Source: Octopus bimaculoides (lineage: Eukaryota). From it: 61,284 bases of DNA. The stretch lies in assembly GCF_001194135.2 (NCBI RefSeq), contig NC_069000.1, forward strand, positions 5,729,529 to 5,790,812. Direction: 5' to 3'. The position numbers and the translations under genes are program-made. Position 1 is the first letter of the stretch. The number at the start of each line of letters is the position of its first letter. This document shows positions 12,622 to 25,879 of the stretch, piece after piece. The notes below the pieces were generated by a model that saw only the letters and a list, made by a program, of their open reading frames with translations, was not told the origin of the DNA and made no database searches.

Positions 12622-12780
12622 TTCGTTTTAGTTTTTGGTTTGCAAGATTCTTTATGTGAGTTCGTGTGTTGAAGCATGTTTTGTTGTGTCTGGCGAGAGT
12701 CATTCTCTTTTTGTGCCTTATTAATTTAACACACTCATTTACTTCTTTATTTTTACTAAAATTTTCATTGCGTTTGTGGA
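12622..12780 (+). mobile_element. Interspersed repeat G
   Basis: Shares about 60 bp with 5890-5960; both begin immediately after a (TA)n/(TG)n array. Confidence 0.55.
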
Positions 12781-13133
12781 AAGTGAATCGGTGAGTGTAT
12801 TAAATGATAAGGCACAAAAAGAGAATGACTCGCCAGACACAACAAATATGTATATATATATATATGGATAGATAGATAGACCGACAGATATATATACATG
12901 CATACATATAGCGAGAGACCGAGAGTGAGTAAGACAGATTGAGAAAGAGATGTGTAGCCTTGGCTGTGTGCTTAAAAACCTGCTTTATAAGCACGTGGCA
13001 AATGTGTTTCTAATATAGCCCCGAACTATTCAATGCATAATCAGTGAATTTCGTCGACGGAAACTGTCTGGAATCCCCTTTCATATATAAAAATGTTTTT
13101 GCATGTGGTGTATATGTGTGCATGTGTGAGTGT

Positions 13134-13191
<58 letters not shown>

Positions 13192-13244
13192 TGTGCGTGT
13201 CCACACCACAATGAACAATGGGCAATGAGTGTTCGTTTAGGTTA

Positions 13245-13395
13245 TCGAAAATTCACGGTTCGGCTTTCAAACGAAAAAAAAAAAGAAAATAAACTTATGA
13301 CTTATTCTGTTGCCGAACCGTTCCACTATCAGCCCTTCAAAGCAGTGCCCCAGCATGTCCGCATTCCAATGCTTGCAACAAAGAAAAGAAACAAA
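13245..13395 (+). mobile_element. SINE family B 3' half, degenerate
   Basis: CCCTTCAAAGCAGTGCCCCAGCATGTCCGCATTCCAATG..AACAAAGAAAAG. Confidence 0.55.
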
Positions 13396-13742
13396 TGAGT
13401 CTCAACGTAATTGACCTTCACCTAACAATTCTGTGTTATCTATCGTAAAGTATTACCCAAGAGAAGGAAATAACCTGTTATCTTTCATGCGTGAGTGAGA
13501 GTTTGTATGGACGTGTTAGTGTGTGAGTGTGTAGTGTATGCGTGCGTGTGTGTGTCTGTGTGTGTGTGTGTATTGATAGTGACGTCATTGACCTCGTGAT
13601 TCGATTCATAGATATCCCCGAGGAAGAACATTCTACAATGATATTATTATATTGCGTATTTGATATAGATAAAGTGATTCATTCCTCCTTCTCTTTCTCT
13701 CCTTCTTTCCTTTGTACTGTCTCATTTCATCTCGCTTACTTG

Positions 13743-13935
<193 letters not shown>

Positions 13936-13998
13936 AATATCTTTCTCTTAACATACACGGACTCACACATAGAAATATATATATAGGTAATATGTACC

Positions 13999-14039
<41 letters not shown>

Positions 14040-14067
14040 TTATATATCAACATGTGTGTGTGCGTGT

Positions 14068-14212
14068 GAAGAAGAAGAAGAAGAAGAAGAAGAAGAAGAA
14101 GAAGAAGAAGAAGAAGAAGAAGAAGAAGGGCAGCAGCAGCAACAACAACAACAACAACAACAACAGCAAATACAGTAACAACAGCAACAACAACAACAGC
14201 AAGAAAAACAAT
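14068..14212. repeat. (GAA)n then (CAG)n/(CAA)n
   Basis: Direct inspection. Confidence 0.95.
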
Positions 14213-14696
14213 TGGCTTCTGGTTATCCTCTTTGTTCTACCAAACCAATGCATGTATGGTGTGTGGATGTTTACAGTGAGAGAGAAACAGAGACAAAGAT
14301 AATATACCTACACGCACACATATTCATAAATACACAGACACACACATATATATACATATACATATATAGACTCATACACACACACACACACATACATACA
14401 TACATACAAACATACATACATACTATTCCCTTAAAGTCTCCAAGGCGATTCCCCAACACCGCCTCACACCAACGACGGAAATAATTTTCCACAAAAAAAT
14501 ATATACAGAGAAACATATTTTGCAGGGCATTAAGAAGATAAGTTTTAGCATAAATCGTTTAGAGGAAGAGCTGAACAATATACAAAAATAAGATCATGTT
14601 TAAAGCGATGCACCAAAATAATTTTTGCCGTTCCAGTTGTGTTTTCCGCCATATTTTATGTACAGTATTTGAAAGATTAGTAAATATTTTAGGGGA

Positions 14697-14872
14697 CATG
14701 CGTGGCTGTGACTTAAGAAGTTTGCTTTGCAATCATATTGTTCTGGGTTCAGTCCCTCTACATGGCACCTTTGACAAATGCTTTCAGATATAGCCCCTGG
14801 TTGATCAAAGCCTGGAGAGCGTATTTGATAGACGGAAACTGAAAGAGTTTTATTTTCAAATATATGTTTCTC

Positions 14873-14875
<3 letters not shown>
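14697..14875 (+). mobile_element. SINE family B, 5' half, followed by (TA)n(CATA)n
   Basis: GCGTGGCTGTG..AAGAAG..GGGTTCAGTCCC..TGGCACCTTTGACAAATG..GACGGAAACTGAAAGA. Confidence 0.75.
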
Positions 14876-14913
<38 letters not shown>

Positions 14914-14925
14914 TACATACATACA

Positions 14926-14956
<31 letters not shown>

Positions 14957-15058
14957 TCACAACCAATGACAAAACATTGACCTCTTTGACTTGAAGCAAA
15001 ATGACAACACCAACAACAACAATATAGAAGACAACGCTACAAAAAAAAAACAGACTCT

Positions 15059-15096
<38 letters not shown>

Positions 15097-15525
15097 TTCA
15101 ACCAATACACACCAGACCGAAGTCGAGAAAATCTTGTTAAGTAGTAATTTGTTTGTATAGCCTGTTAAGTAGAATCACGTGAAAATAGATTCAACAAGGA
15201 TTCTCGGAATAAATTTAAATATCAAACGACCATTTCGTAGTTGTCTGCAGTTCACAACACAACGACATCGCTTAGAATAGGTCTCCTCTATCGTCTGACC
15301 TTCTCAATTGACCTCAAGGTAAAGAGTTCGGTGACCTTTCTTGCTGTTTATTTATACTTGTGCAACCTCACATATACTTATAATCTTTATGTGTGTACAT
15401 CTGTGTGTGTGTATATATATACAGATGTATGTGCGTGCATGTGTGTGTATTTTTAAAAATGTATATGAATATATGTATGAGTGTCTGTACGTATAAATCT
15501 AAATGTATCTTAATGTCAATACAGG

Positions 15526-15579
<54 letters not shown>

Positions 15580-15625
15580 TATGTGCATGTATGTACAGAA
15601 GTATATATACATATACACGCGCGCA

Positions 15626-15676
<51 letters not shown>

Positions 15677-16029
15677 ACATACGCACACAGGAAGGTGTTT
15701 CTGTCAAGCGTTTCTTTAATTATTTTCACAACGAAGTCAAAGGTTGCGAACGGAAAAGAAAACATCAGACCGCCGGACAAAACGCTTACCGGCTCCTTTG
15801 TTCGGCTCTTAACTTTCTCACTTCACATCGTGCCGATTACAACTTAGCATTCCGTCTTTACCACTTGAGTATGCGTGTCGATGTAAACGAATATCCCCAC
15901 CAGCCCGTCGGAACTTTGCTGGCCTTGTACTAAATATTTGACACAATTTATAGCGGAAAGCTGGTATTTTTGAACTCTGGAAAAATGACTTGTGGTATTT
16001 GATGCCATTCAATAGTTCCTGATTTCAGT

Positions 16030-16158
16030 CTTGACTAGAATTGAGTCTGTCTTTATCCCTTCAAGGTCGATAAAACAAACTACGAGTTAAAGTAATTGGG
16101 GCGGTGAAATAAATTTGCCCCCTCCTTTTAAAACTAGTAGTCTTGTGCCAAAATTATA
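16030..16158 (+). mobile_element. SINE family A 3' part, degenerate, tail type ii
   Basis: CCCTTCAAGGTCGATAAAA..TCTTGTGCCAAAATT. Confidence 0.5.
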
Positions 16159-16167
16159 ATTAACATA

Positions 16168-16420
16168 AGGAAGCCAATCTCCTTCCCGAGTCACAGACTC
16201 GTAGGGCCGGATTCCCGCTTGCCATGGCGAATGAATTCCCCACCTGGACGGGACGCCAGTTCATCGCAGAGTTACTCATTTTTGCCAGCTGAGTGGACTT
16301 GAGCAAAGTGAAATGATGTGCTGTGTATAAGAATACAACGCGTAGCCTGGTCCATGAATCAAAACCAGAATTTTACAGTCACGAGTCTTATACCCTAACC
16401 AATAAGCCACGGGCCTCCAC
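16168..16420 (-). mobile_element. SINE family C (tRNA head, V-SINE-like central block)
   Basis: Minus strand GTGGAGGCCCGTGGCTTATTGGTTAGGGT (A-box), GGTTTTGATTC (B-box-like), CCACTCAGCTGGCAAAAATGAGTAA, CTGCGATGAACTGGCGTCCCGTCCAGG. Confidence 0.75.
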
Positions 16421-16872
16421 TGTTCCGCTTTCACACTGTCAACTAGCTTATGTTGCTCTATAACAGCAATGTGAATTAGAATATTCTCCTGACGATGTGT
16501 CATTTCAACCCTATTATGCAATCGTTTACCACATAACGTAACAGTCTTTGTTATTGAAACATATGTGACATAACGTCAAATATCATTGAACTACGAGAGG
16601 ATGAAGCGGAAAAAATAAAATAATAATAAAACAGCAAAGCAATTGTTGAGGCTCGAAATGAGAACATTATGAATCGTGCCTCCATGAGAGAAAAGAATTT
16701 TAGGTGGAGATCTAACGAGTTTGCTGTTCTACCGATACATTTGCAAAGAGATCTTCTAAGGAAGAGTTAAAACTGTTCTGAAAGGTCACCTGAACTTAAA
16801 GGTCAATGAAATTTATTTTGCAATTGTGATTTAACCGAAATCTGAAAATGCACTACTCCCTCACACATAAAC

Positions 16873-16930
<58 letters not shown>

Positions 16931-17254
16931 TTATAACTTATTCGCATACATGATTTATATATTGCGAGCTGGTATCTACAGCAGCATTTTGGATTTTAGG
17001 TGAGAACGGTTTCTTCTCTGAAGCCATTCTGCTGTTCGACTCTCATGAGAGTTTCCTTACCACTACAGCAACATTTGGATTCTGGCTAATTCGTAAAAGA
17101 AGCTTATTCATAAATAATGATTACAACTTGATTACGAGTAATGCCATCATTTGCTCCTTTCTCATAAACAAGAGCCGTCTTCGAATCACAACTGGCATTA
17201 CTTGCGTTTCCAGGTGTCGCAAAGTGCTTATCTCAATTTGCGCGATCAGTGTTA

Positions 17255-17296
17255 TTGTTGTTGTTGTTGTTGTTGTTGTTCTTCTTCTTCTTCTTC

Positions 17297-17371
<75 letters not shown>

Positions 17372-17481
17372 ACATCATCAACATCATCATCATCATCAAC
17401 ATCATCATCATCATCATCATCATCCTCATCATCATCATCATCATCATCATCCTCATCATCATCCTCCTCCTCCTCATCATC
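17255..17481. repeat. Graded trinucleotide array (GTT)(CTT)(ATT)(ATC)(CTC) running into a gap
   Basis: Direct inspection. Confidence 0.95.
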
Positions 17482-18491
17482 NNNNNNNNNNNNNNNNNNN
17501 NNNNNNNNNNNNNNNNNNNNNNNNNNNNNNNNNNNNNNNNNNNNNNNNNNNNNNNNNNNNNNNNNNNNNNNNNNNNNNNNNNNNNNNNNNNNNNNNNNNN
17601 NNNNNNNNNNNNNNNNNNNNNNNNNNNNNNNNNNNNNNNNNNNNNNNNNNNNNNNNNNNNNNNNNNNNNNNNNNNNNNNNNNNNNNNNNNNNNNNNNNNN
17701 NNNNNNNNNNNNNNNNNNNNNNNNNNNNNNNNNNNNNNNNNNNNNNNNNNNNNNNNNNNNNNNNNNNNNNNNNNNNNNNNNNNNNNNNNNNNNNNNNNNN
17801 NNNNNNNNNNNNNNNNNNNNNNNNNNNNNNNNNNNNNNNNNNNNNNNNNNNNNNNNNNNNNNNNNNNNNNNNNNNNNNNNNNNNNNNNNNNNNNNNNNNN
17901 NNNNNNNNNNNNNNNNNNNNNNNNNNNNNNNNNNNNNNNNNNNNNNNNNNNNNNNNNNNNNNNNNNNNNNNNNNNNNNNNNNNNNNNNNNNNNNNNNNNN
18001 NNNNNNNNNNNNNNNNNNNNNNNNNNNNNNNNNNNNNNNNNNNNNNNNNNNNNNNNNNNNNNNNNNNNNNNNNNNNNNNNNNNNNNNNNNNNNNNNNNNN
18101 NNNNNNNNNNNNNNNNNNNNNNNNNNNNNNNNNNNNNNNNNNNNNNNNNNNNNNNNNNNNNNNNNNNNNNNNAGGTAATGTTATTAATCTTTTCGTGGCG
18201 ATCGTAGTAGTGGTGGCAGTGGTGGTGGTGGTGGTGGTGGTGGTGGTGTAGCTGCTGCTGCTGCTGGAATAGTGGTATTATGATGTGGTGGGGGCGGGTA
18301 AAGTAATTTATTCTTTGATATCCTGGAGTTTCTTGTTTCTAAATAAGTTTATTTCCTGTCTCCTCCCAATAACGACTTTAATGACATCAGATAATCCACC
18401 CTCATTACAGTATAATGTAACAAAGCTAAAAGGGTGGAATTGGTGCTCAATCTGGCTTCTGTGAATGGTGTTGCTTAGCCCTAGGCTGGGT

Positions 18492-18764
18492 TACGTGGAT
18501 CAGTGGTTACGTTACTTGGCATAGGATCGTAGGATCGTGAGTTCGATATCCGGCAGCGCATTGCTGGAAAAAAATGAGTTATACCTGTAATTCAATAGGG
18601 CCAGCCTTGCCACATTCTGTCTCATGCTGAATCTCCCTGAGAACTACGTTATGGGTACGCGTGTCTGTGGAATACTCAGCCACTTCTGCGCGTTTATTTT
18701 ACGAGCAGGCTGTTCCGCTCAACGCATCCACTGGAACACTCGTCGTCACCACCGAAGGCCCGTC
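18492..18764 (+). mobile_element. SINE family D, internally deleted
   Basis: A-box GTGGATCAGTGGTTA, B-box GAGTTCGATATCC, then GCTGGAAAAAAATGAGT and tail GCTGAATCTCCCTGAGAACTACG..GGGTACGCGTGTCTGTGG..CTCAGCCACTT shared with 26777-27065. Confidence 0.8.
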
Positions 18765-18867
18765 AATTATTTTGTTTGTTTGTTTCTCTTTTTTTTTTAC
18801 TTTTCTGCGGCTTGACGGAACAGATTTATCATCAAAAGCTTCCTAGTACTGACCATCCTGTCTGTTA

Positions 18868-19365
18868 CGGGGTGGTATCAAAAAGTTCCCGGATTAGTTC
18901 TGTAGCGCGCCAACATACGGCAGCACACGGTTGCATGTGCAGTGAGAGCTAGCAGCGACCTTTATGAGGGAGTGTGTCGCGTGACTTCGCTCTGTTGACT
19001 TCGTAAGTTGCGAAATGTGTGTTTTTGTGATCATTTGTATGCTGTAGTCCGCGATTGTTTTTATCATAGGCAGGAATTTGGAACAAAGTGCCAACGTCAA
19101 ATTTTGCGTTAAACTTCAGGCGTCTGCTACAGAGACATTGAGCATGCTTCGGCAACCTTACGGCAACGAGGCAATGGGCCATACACAATGTTTCGAGCAG
19201 CACGGGCGCTTCAAAAACGGAAATACGTCTCGGAAAAACGATGAGCAATCTGGAAGACCTACCACGAGCGTCACTACCGGAAATGTGATGTTGGGCATCG
19301 AGAATTCGTTCCCCCCCCCCCAGGGCCAGCCGCCAGTCGAGAGCTCCTGGTGTCCTTTGATGTAG
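18868..19365 (+). mobile_element. Internally deleted mariner transposon (left TIR, N-terminal HTH, catalytic-domain remnant)
   Basis: TA then TIR CGGGGTGGTATCAAAAAGTTCCCGGA; EQSANVKFCVKLQASATETLSMLRQPYGNEAMGHTQCFEQHGRFKNG...DEQSGRP matches the mariner N-terminus; then HREFVP..QGQ in a shifted frame. Confidence 0.9.
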
Positions 19366-19820
19366 CATTTATTCTCACTTAGTTGATTCTTTGCATTATG
19401 TATTCATCCAAGGTAGACATTCCTCTGCAGCTTTGTTCAATATTTAACCCTTTCCGGATGTTGTATGAACTCCAATTAAGAGAATTCAGAATTTACCAGT
19501 TGATTAAAGCACCGTTTAATTGTTTGTCTTAAAGAACTCTGCATGTTCCCTATCATTCGATGTGGTTAGCCAAATCTGGAATATATCAGAGAGCTAATGA
19601 GGTACCTGCCTAAATTCCAATTCCATATTCCCCTACGCGATATATATATATATTCACTCGTCCTCAAACGCGTGGGATTGAATCAGAATTCGGTCGGTTC
19701 TCTATTAAGTGTTTTATTGATGGTCTTGGCTATTTAAATGTTGTTAATTTTAATTAATTGTGCAGCAATTAAGCGAAAGGCAAGCCCGGAATTTCATTAG
19801 GAATTTTCATCCTTTTATAT

Positions 19821-19869
<49 letters not shown>

Positions 19870-20225
19870 NNNNNNNNNNNNNNNNNNNNNNNNNNNNNNN
19901 NNNNNNNNNNNNNNNNNNNNNNNNNNNNNNNNNNNNNNNNNNNNNNNNNNNNNNNNNNNNNNNNNNNNNNNNNNNNNNNNNNNNNNNNNNNNNNNNNNNN
20001 NNNNNNNNNNNNNNNNNNNNNNNNNNNNNNNNNNNNNNNNNNNNNNNNNNNNNNNNNNNNNNNNNNNNNNNNNNNNNNNNNNNNNNNNNNNNNNNNNNNN
20101 NNNNNNNNNNNNNNNNNNNNNNNNNNNNNNNNNNNNNNNNNNNNNNNNNNNNNNNNNNNNNNNNNNNNNNNNNNNNNNNNNNNNNNNNNNNNNNNNNNNN
20201 NNNNNNNNNNNNNNNNNNNNNNNNN

Positions 20226-21218
20226 NGTGGTGGTGGTGGTGGTGGTGACGGTTGTGGTTGTAGTTGTTTATTAATGAGTTCATCAGGAGGAGATTGTAGC
20301 TGAGACGATGCTATTTTAAAGAAATGGTATTGCTGTCACGTACCAAAGCGGCAATAGTGGTTGTGATGGTGTTGGTGGTACTGGTGATAGTGGAGGGGAT
20401 ACTTGGACGCCGTTGGTGATAATTCTTATAGTCGTTGTAGTGGTGGTGGTGGTGGTAATTTTTATAGTTATGGCGGTAGTGGTCATGGCGGCATGTTTGC
20501 GGTAATTTTAGAGTGGTGACTCTGGCGGTTATGGTTCTTGAGGTGGTGCTTGTGGGGTTGGGGCTGGGGTTGGTGTTGGTGGTGGTGATCGTTGTAGTTT
20601 CGATGGTGGAGGTAGTTCTAGCTGTGGTGGTGTGCACGAGATGGTTGTGGTTGCGGTGTTGCAACAAAAAGCTGAAGATATTTGTAACATGGCAACAGAA
20701 TGTTGAGTTCAACTGGTGCAATGGTAGAGAGTTGGTATTCCTTACTGTCATGTACTATTATGGCGATAGCGCTAGTAGGGGCTGGAAGTGGTGGTGGTGA
20801 TGGTGGTCGTGGTCGTCGTGGTCGTTGTCATCGTCGTGGTCTTGGTCGTGGTCGTGGTCGTGGTCGTGCTGGTGATATTGGTTGTGGTTGTGGTGGTAAT
20901 ACTGGTGATTGTGCTTGTTGCTGTTGTTGCTGTTGTTGCTTGGTGGTGTGGTGTTGGTGGTGTTGATAGAGGGGTATGGGTGTTGATGACGGGTTTAGGT
21001 CCTTTGGAGCGTCAGTGACTTGGCATGGGAACGGTGACCTGCGGTGATATAATTATACGGTTGTGGCATAGACGTCATACATTAGCGTGATATTGATAGA
21101 GTATCAGGGAAGGACCCTTAAAGTATATGGTAGGGTTCCGGGCAGTATGGCGTTGAATTGGGACGGTGGAGCAGGCTGCCACTGTGATTCTGTGATGATG
21201 AGTGTTGTAGTAATGGAC

Positions 21219-21269
<51 letters not shown>

Positions 21270-21795
21270 CATTGACGTGTGCTAATGATAGTGGGATATC
21301 GGTTCATATACCACTGTAACTACAAATGTTAACTAGCGACACCATCAACATCATCATAGTCATGATTGCCATCATCATCATCATCAACCTCACCATCAGC
21401 ATCATTTTGCCATCATTATCATCACCATCATCATCATCATCATCCTCATCGTTACTGTAATCGAGTTTATACTTTTCCTTGTGATGATGATGATGATTTT
21501 GTGGAAATGGGGGAGGGGGAGGAGGGGGAAGAGGAAGAGGAAGGGGAGGAGGATATTAGTGCTGATGGTGTTAATGATAGTGACGGTGGTGTTGATAGTG
21601 GCGATGTTGATGCTTTTCGGCGGCGGCGGTGGTGATGTTGGTGATGCTGATGACCGTGGTGATGGTCATGGTGATGTTGGCGGTAATGAGTTTGGATCGG
21701 TGCCAGTAAAGTCTGGAAAAAGTCTTAGATTTGGTTATTTCGATGATTGATCGTCCGTTAAACATGTGTTCTTACCATACTGTCAATTCTTCTTC

Positions 21796-21884
<89 letters not shown>

Positions 21885-22128
21885 TTTTCTACTTTCAGTT
21901 TTGTTTCCATTTCTTACCGACTGATGATGATGATGATCATCATCATCATCATGGATGATGATAATGATGGTGGTGGTGGAGTGGAATGACTAGGAGGAAT
22001 GTCTGTGAGAGTGGTGATTGCGACGTTTATGGTTGCTGTGGTAGTGCATGCGATATTGTGGTGGTGGTGATGCTGCTGCTGATTGCGGTGGTTGCAGTGG
22101 TGGAGGTAGTTGTAATGGTAGTAATGGC

Positions 22129-22210
<82 letters not shown>

Positions 22211-22400
22211 CCTTATTGCGATCGTTCATACTGTTGTTGTTGTTGCTGTTGTGGTGATGGTTGTTAATATTGCTGTTGTTTTTGTTATGGTCGTTGTTAT
22301 TATAGTTGTACTTATTCTAACCGTACTATTGTTGTTATTATCGATTGTTCCTGCTGCTGTTGTTGTTGTTGTTGTTGTATTATTGTTCTTGTTAAATGAT
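20226..22400. repeat. Long low-complexity field of GGT/GTT/AGT/CAT/ATT trinucleotide arrays
   Basis: Direct inspection; includes pure (AGT)n 21215-21270, (ATT)(AGT) 21795-21885 and (ATT)n 22130-22210. Confidence 0.9.
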
Positions 22401-22974
22401 ACTCTTTTAATTTTTGTTGTTGTTGTTTTCCGCCTTCTATTTTATATTAAACTTTTTTCAATATTTTCATTCAATTTTCTTCGATTTCTTTTTTTTTCTT
22501 TTTTTTTTTTTTTTTTTTTTTTTGGCTTATTTTGTGCGTGGGGAACTTTCTGAACATTATTTTTTAAGATTCAGAATCAATATTATTACATACAATAAGA
22601 CGGCAAACTAGCAGAATCGTTCGCACACCGGGGCAACAGCCGGGGGTGACACGTCGGCCATATAGAGTCAAGAGGCACGTGCTCGCGTAGGCGATCGGCG
22701 GGCAGAAAGGAGCGACGAGAACACCCCTTCCAGACAGCAAGCAGATTCGTTCGCACACCGGAGCAACATCCGGGGGGGGGTGCTCGTGGCAGGTCTTCCA
22801 GATCGCTCATCGTCTTCCAGGGACGTTCTTTTGCTTTTGAAGTGCCCGTGCCACTAAGAAAATAAAACGGGACGGTCATCCCTGGAAAGGCTTTTATTAT
22901 AAGCCTCTCAGCCCGATCAGAGAGGACCACGTTTCAACCATCAACAGCAACAACATCATCATGAACAGTTATCT

Positions 22975-23132
22975 TTATCTTTTCTACTAAGGGTAGAAGG
23001 CCTGAAATTTTGCGGGGATGAGCCTGAAAGGATTAAAAAATAAAGTTGGCCTCAACGGAATTTGAACTCAGAACGTAAAGGCAGACGAAATACCGTTAAG
23101 GAATTCTCCCGACGTGCTGACGATTCTACCGC
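22975..23132 (-). mobile_element. SINE family A, internally deleted
   Basis: CGGAATTTGAACTCAGAACGTAAAGGCAGACGAAATACCG..CGACGTGCTGACGATTCT. Confidence 0.8.
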
Positions 23133-23626
23133 ATCAACGATAATAACAACCTCAGTAGCATCTCCCTATCACAGCTCGTCGAGATGATGACATACAATAT
23201 CTCAACTCCCGGTTAACATTTCTCTTCGTCAGCGGGACAACTGATATCCGAAGGGCGAAGAAAGAAAAGAAGTCACATGACATGGTGTTATCCGGTTGGT
23301 TACCTATCTTGCCAGAGTTCAATACACACCAGGGGTGATCCCAAATTATGCAATTCTCCATATGATGTTCTATGCTGTATCTAAATTTGGTAAATTGAAA
23401 GGGAGCGGGATAAGTAATCTCTGGTCCGCAAGAGAAGAGATAAGCCCTTTGGATATGTAAAGATATATATATACTCAGTTTCTGATTGTCCTGCAGGTTA
23501 TCCATGGGTTCTACTTTTAATACATACATGCACACACACACACTCACATACACACACACATGTATATGAATATATACATATATGCATATATATATATGTG
23601 CGTATGTATGTGTATATATAAATATG

Positions 23627-23670
<44 letters not shown>

Positions 23671-23802
23671 TGTGTATTTATGTATATGTATATGTATGTA
23701 TATGTATGTATGTGTATGTTGTTTTGTGTTTTCTTTCTCTCTCTATTTCTCTCTTACTCTCCCTCTCTCACTCTCTCCCTATATATAAATACATATACAT
23801 AT

Positions 23803-23857
<55 letters not shown>

Positions 23858-24395
23858 TAGACACACACACACACACACATATATATATGTATGTATGTAT
23901 GCATTACACTCATGCATACAGACACGCATTCGCCTAGGCGCGTGTCTTCGTGTTTTTGCATATTAATAAGCTCTTCACCACATATTGAACAATAACTTCC
24001 TGTTACTTTTGCAAACTATAACCTCTGTGTATGCATATATTTATATAGGTGCGTGTACATTTTAGTATGTATATATGTAAATATATATATATATGAATTT
24101 GTGTATTTATGTGAATCTACAAACAATTAGTTAGGCAGAAGGCCAAATTCTGTGTAGCTCATTGTGTGTGTGTGTGTTTCTGTATGTGTGTGTTCGTGCG
24201 TGTTTGTGTGTATGTGTATACGTAAGCACGCACGCGAGCATGCGTATGAATGACTATGTAAGGTTGTTAAATGAACCACAAAACATTAACGTAAAGTCAG
24301 AATCATCAGATGTGCAGTCAGATGCAGCCATGTATTACAAATATTCATTTCTTACTGACCGTTGTATTAAATCTTATATAACACTCCTGGTTAAT

Positions 24396-24441
<46 letters not shown>

Positions 24442-25039
24442 ACGCATATACATGCTCACACACGCACGTATACATATTAATAGGAGCCAAATCGACTACA
24501 CATAAAGGGGAAATTTTGTTTCATCTCCCGAATTGTCGGAGGAATGGACGGAGATGACAAGTTTATTAAACATAGAGATATTCAGAGAAATGCATTGATA
24601 TGTTACAAAGGAGAGNNNNNNNNNNNNNNNNNNNNNNNNNNNNNNNNNNNNNNNNNNNNNNNNNNNNNNNNNNNNNNNNNNNNNNNNNNNNNNNNNNNNN
24701 NNNNNNNNNNNNNNNNNNNNNNNNNNNNNNNNNNNNNNNNNNNNNNNNNNNNNNNNNNNNNNNNNNNNNNGGGGGGGGGGGGGGCAGAAAAGTTCTTGAC
24801 TTTAAAAGAATTCCGACTCAGAACGCAAAAAGCCAGGCGCGGTAACGATTTTGCTCGCTCACCCCTTGATAGCGTGTAGAATATTAGATAAAAAATTAAA
24901 AAAACACTTGGGTAGGCAAAAGTCAAAAAGCTGGCTGCGTGTCGCGAACCCACGTTCCTAAATATGACATGTGCTTCGAATCATTCCTGTGGATTTCTTC
25001 TACCTACTTTAGAAGCGTTGTTCTTATCGGCATAAACTC

Positions 25040-25168
25040 TGTGCCGGCCGGTGTTGGTTTGTTTACGTTCCCGTAACCACAGCGGTTCGTCAAAACAGAT
25101 CGATATAATAAGTACCAGGATTTAAAAGCAAGCATGAGTACTGAGGTTGGTTCGTTCGACAAAACTCT
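25040..25168 (+). mobile_element. SINE family B middle segment
   Basis: CCGGTGTTGGTTTGTTTACGTTCCCGTAAC..AGCGGTTCG..AATAAGTACCAGG..TTCGTTCGAC. Confidence 0.7.
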
Positions 25169-25879
25169 TTATGATGATGTTTTAAGAATCTAATATGAAT
25201 TAAATATATATTACTTATGACATATATAATTTTTTTTCAGAACCAGTTAAATATGCTGCGATATAAAAAAAAAAAAACAGAAAGAAAGATGACATGCATA
25301 GATAAAATGAAAATATCTAAAAACGGCGAATCTGAATGTATTTGAATTAAGATGCTTAAAGATCTATTTTAATCTCTCCCTGTATCTTAATATATAGGGA
25401 AAAAAATATATTGCATTATCTTTCAGATAAGGTTTTTATATACGATTACTGCTGGCATTTTAAATATGGTTTTAAGTACGTAAAGGTGTATTCTGAGTAC
25501 AGCGGAAAAATGACAAAAAGAAAAATACTATTGATTTTTATATAAATTTTAAAATGTTTTATATGAGCTACAGTTCCTGTTACATAGAAGATATTAAAGA
25601 CACAAACGGGAATATTGCGTTTAAATCAATTCAGTTTTGATTAAGTTTTACGTTTTATGTGTGTGATACTAAGTGCATAATGGCAAATTCTATAAATAAT
25701 TAATGAAGTTTTATAAAATAAGATTTAAATTATGATGAGAGAAAAGTCAGCGAAAAAACACATTAATATTGTATGAAACTCTGACCTAAGAGAGAAAATT
25801 CTAAGAAGTCAACCGAAGATTATGACGGAATAATTGAAAGACGAGGTTGATGTCAGAGTTATCACCACCGTAGGGGTTT

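Noticed and set aside
15691-15933. 80-codon frame EGVSVKRFFNYFHNEVKGCERKRKHQ... after a CAG
   Set aside because: No recognisable homology or convincing donor; several ORFs of this length are expected by chance in this much unique DNA.
23152-23559. 135 aa minus-strand ORF and alternative short exon readings
   Set aside because: Starts in a microsatellite, has no motif, and equally plausible readings exist on both strands.
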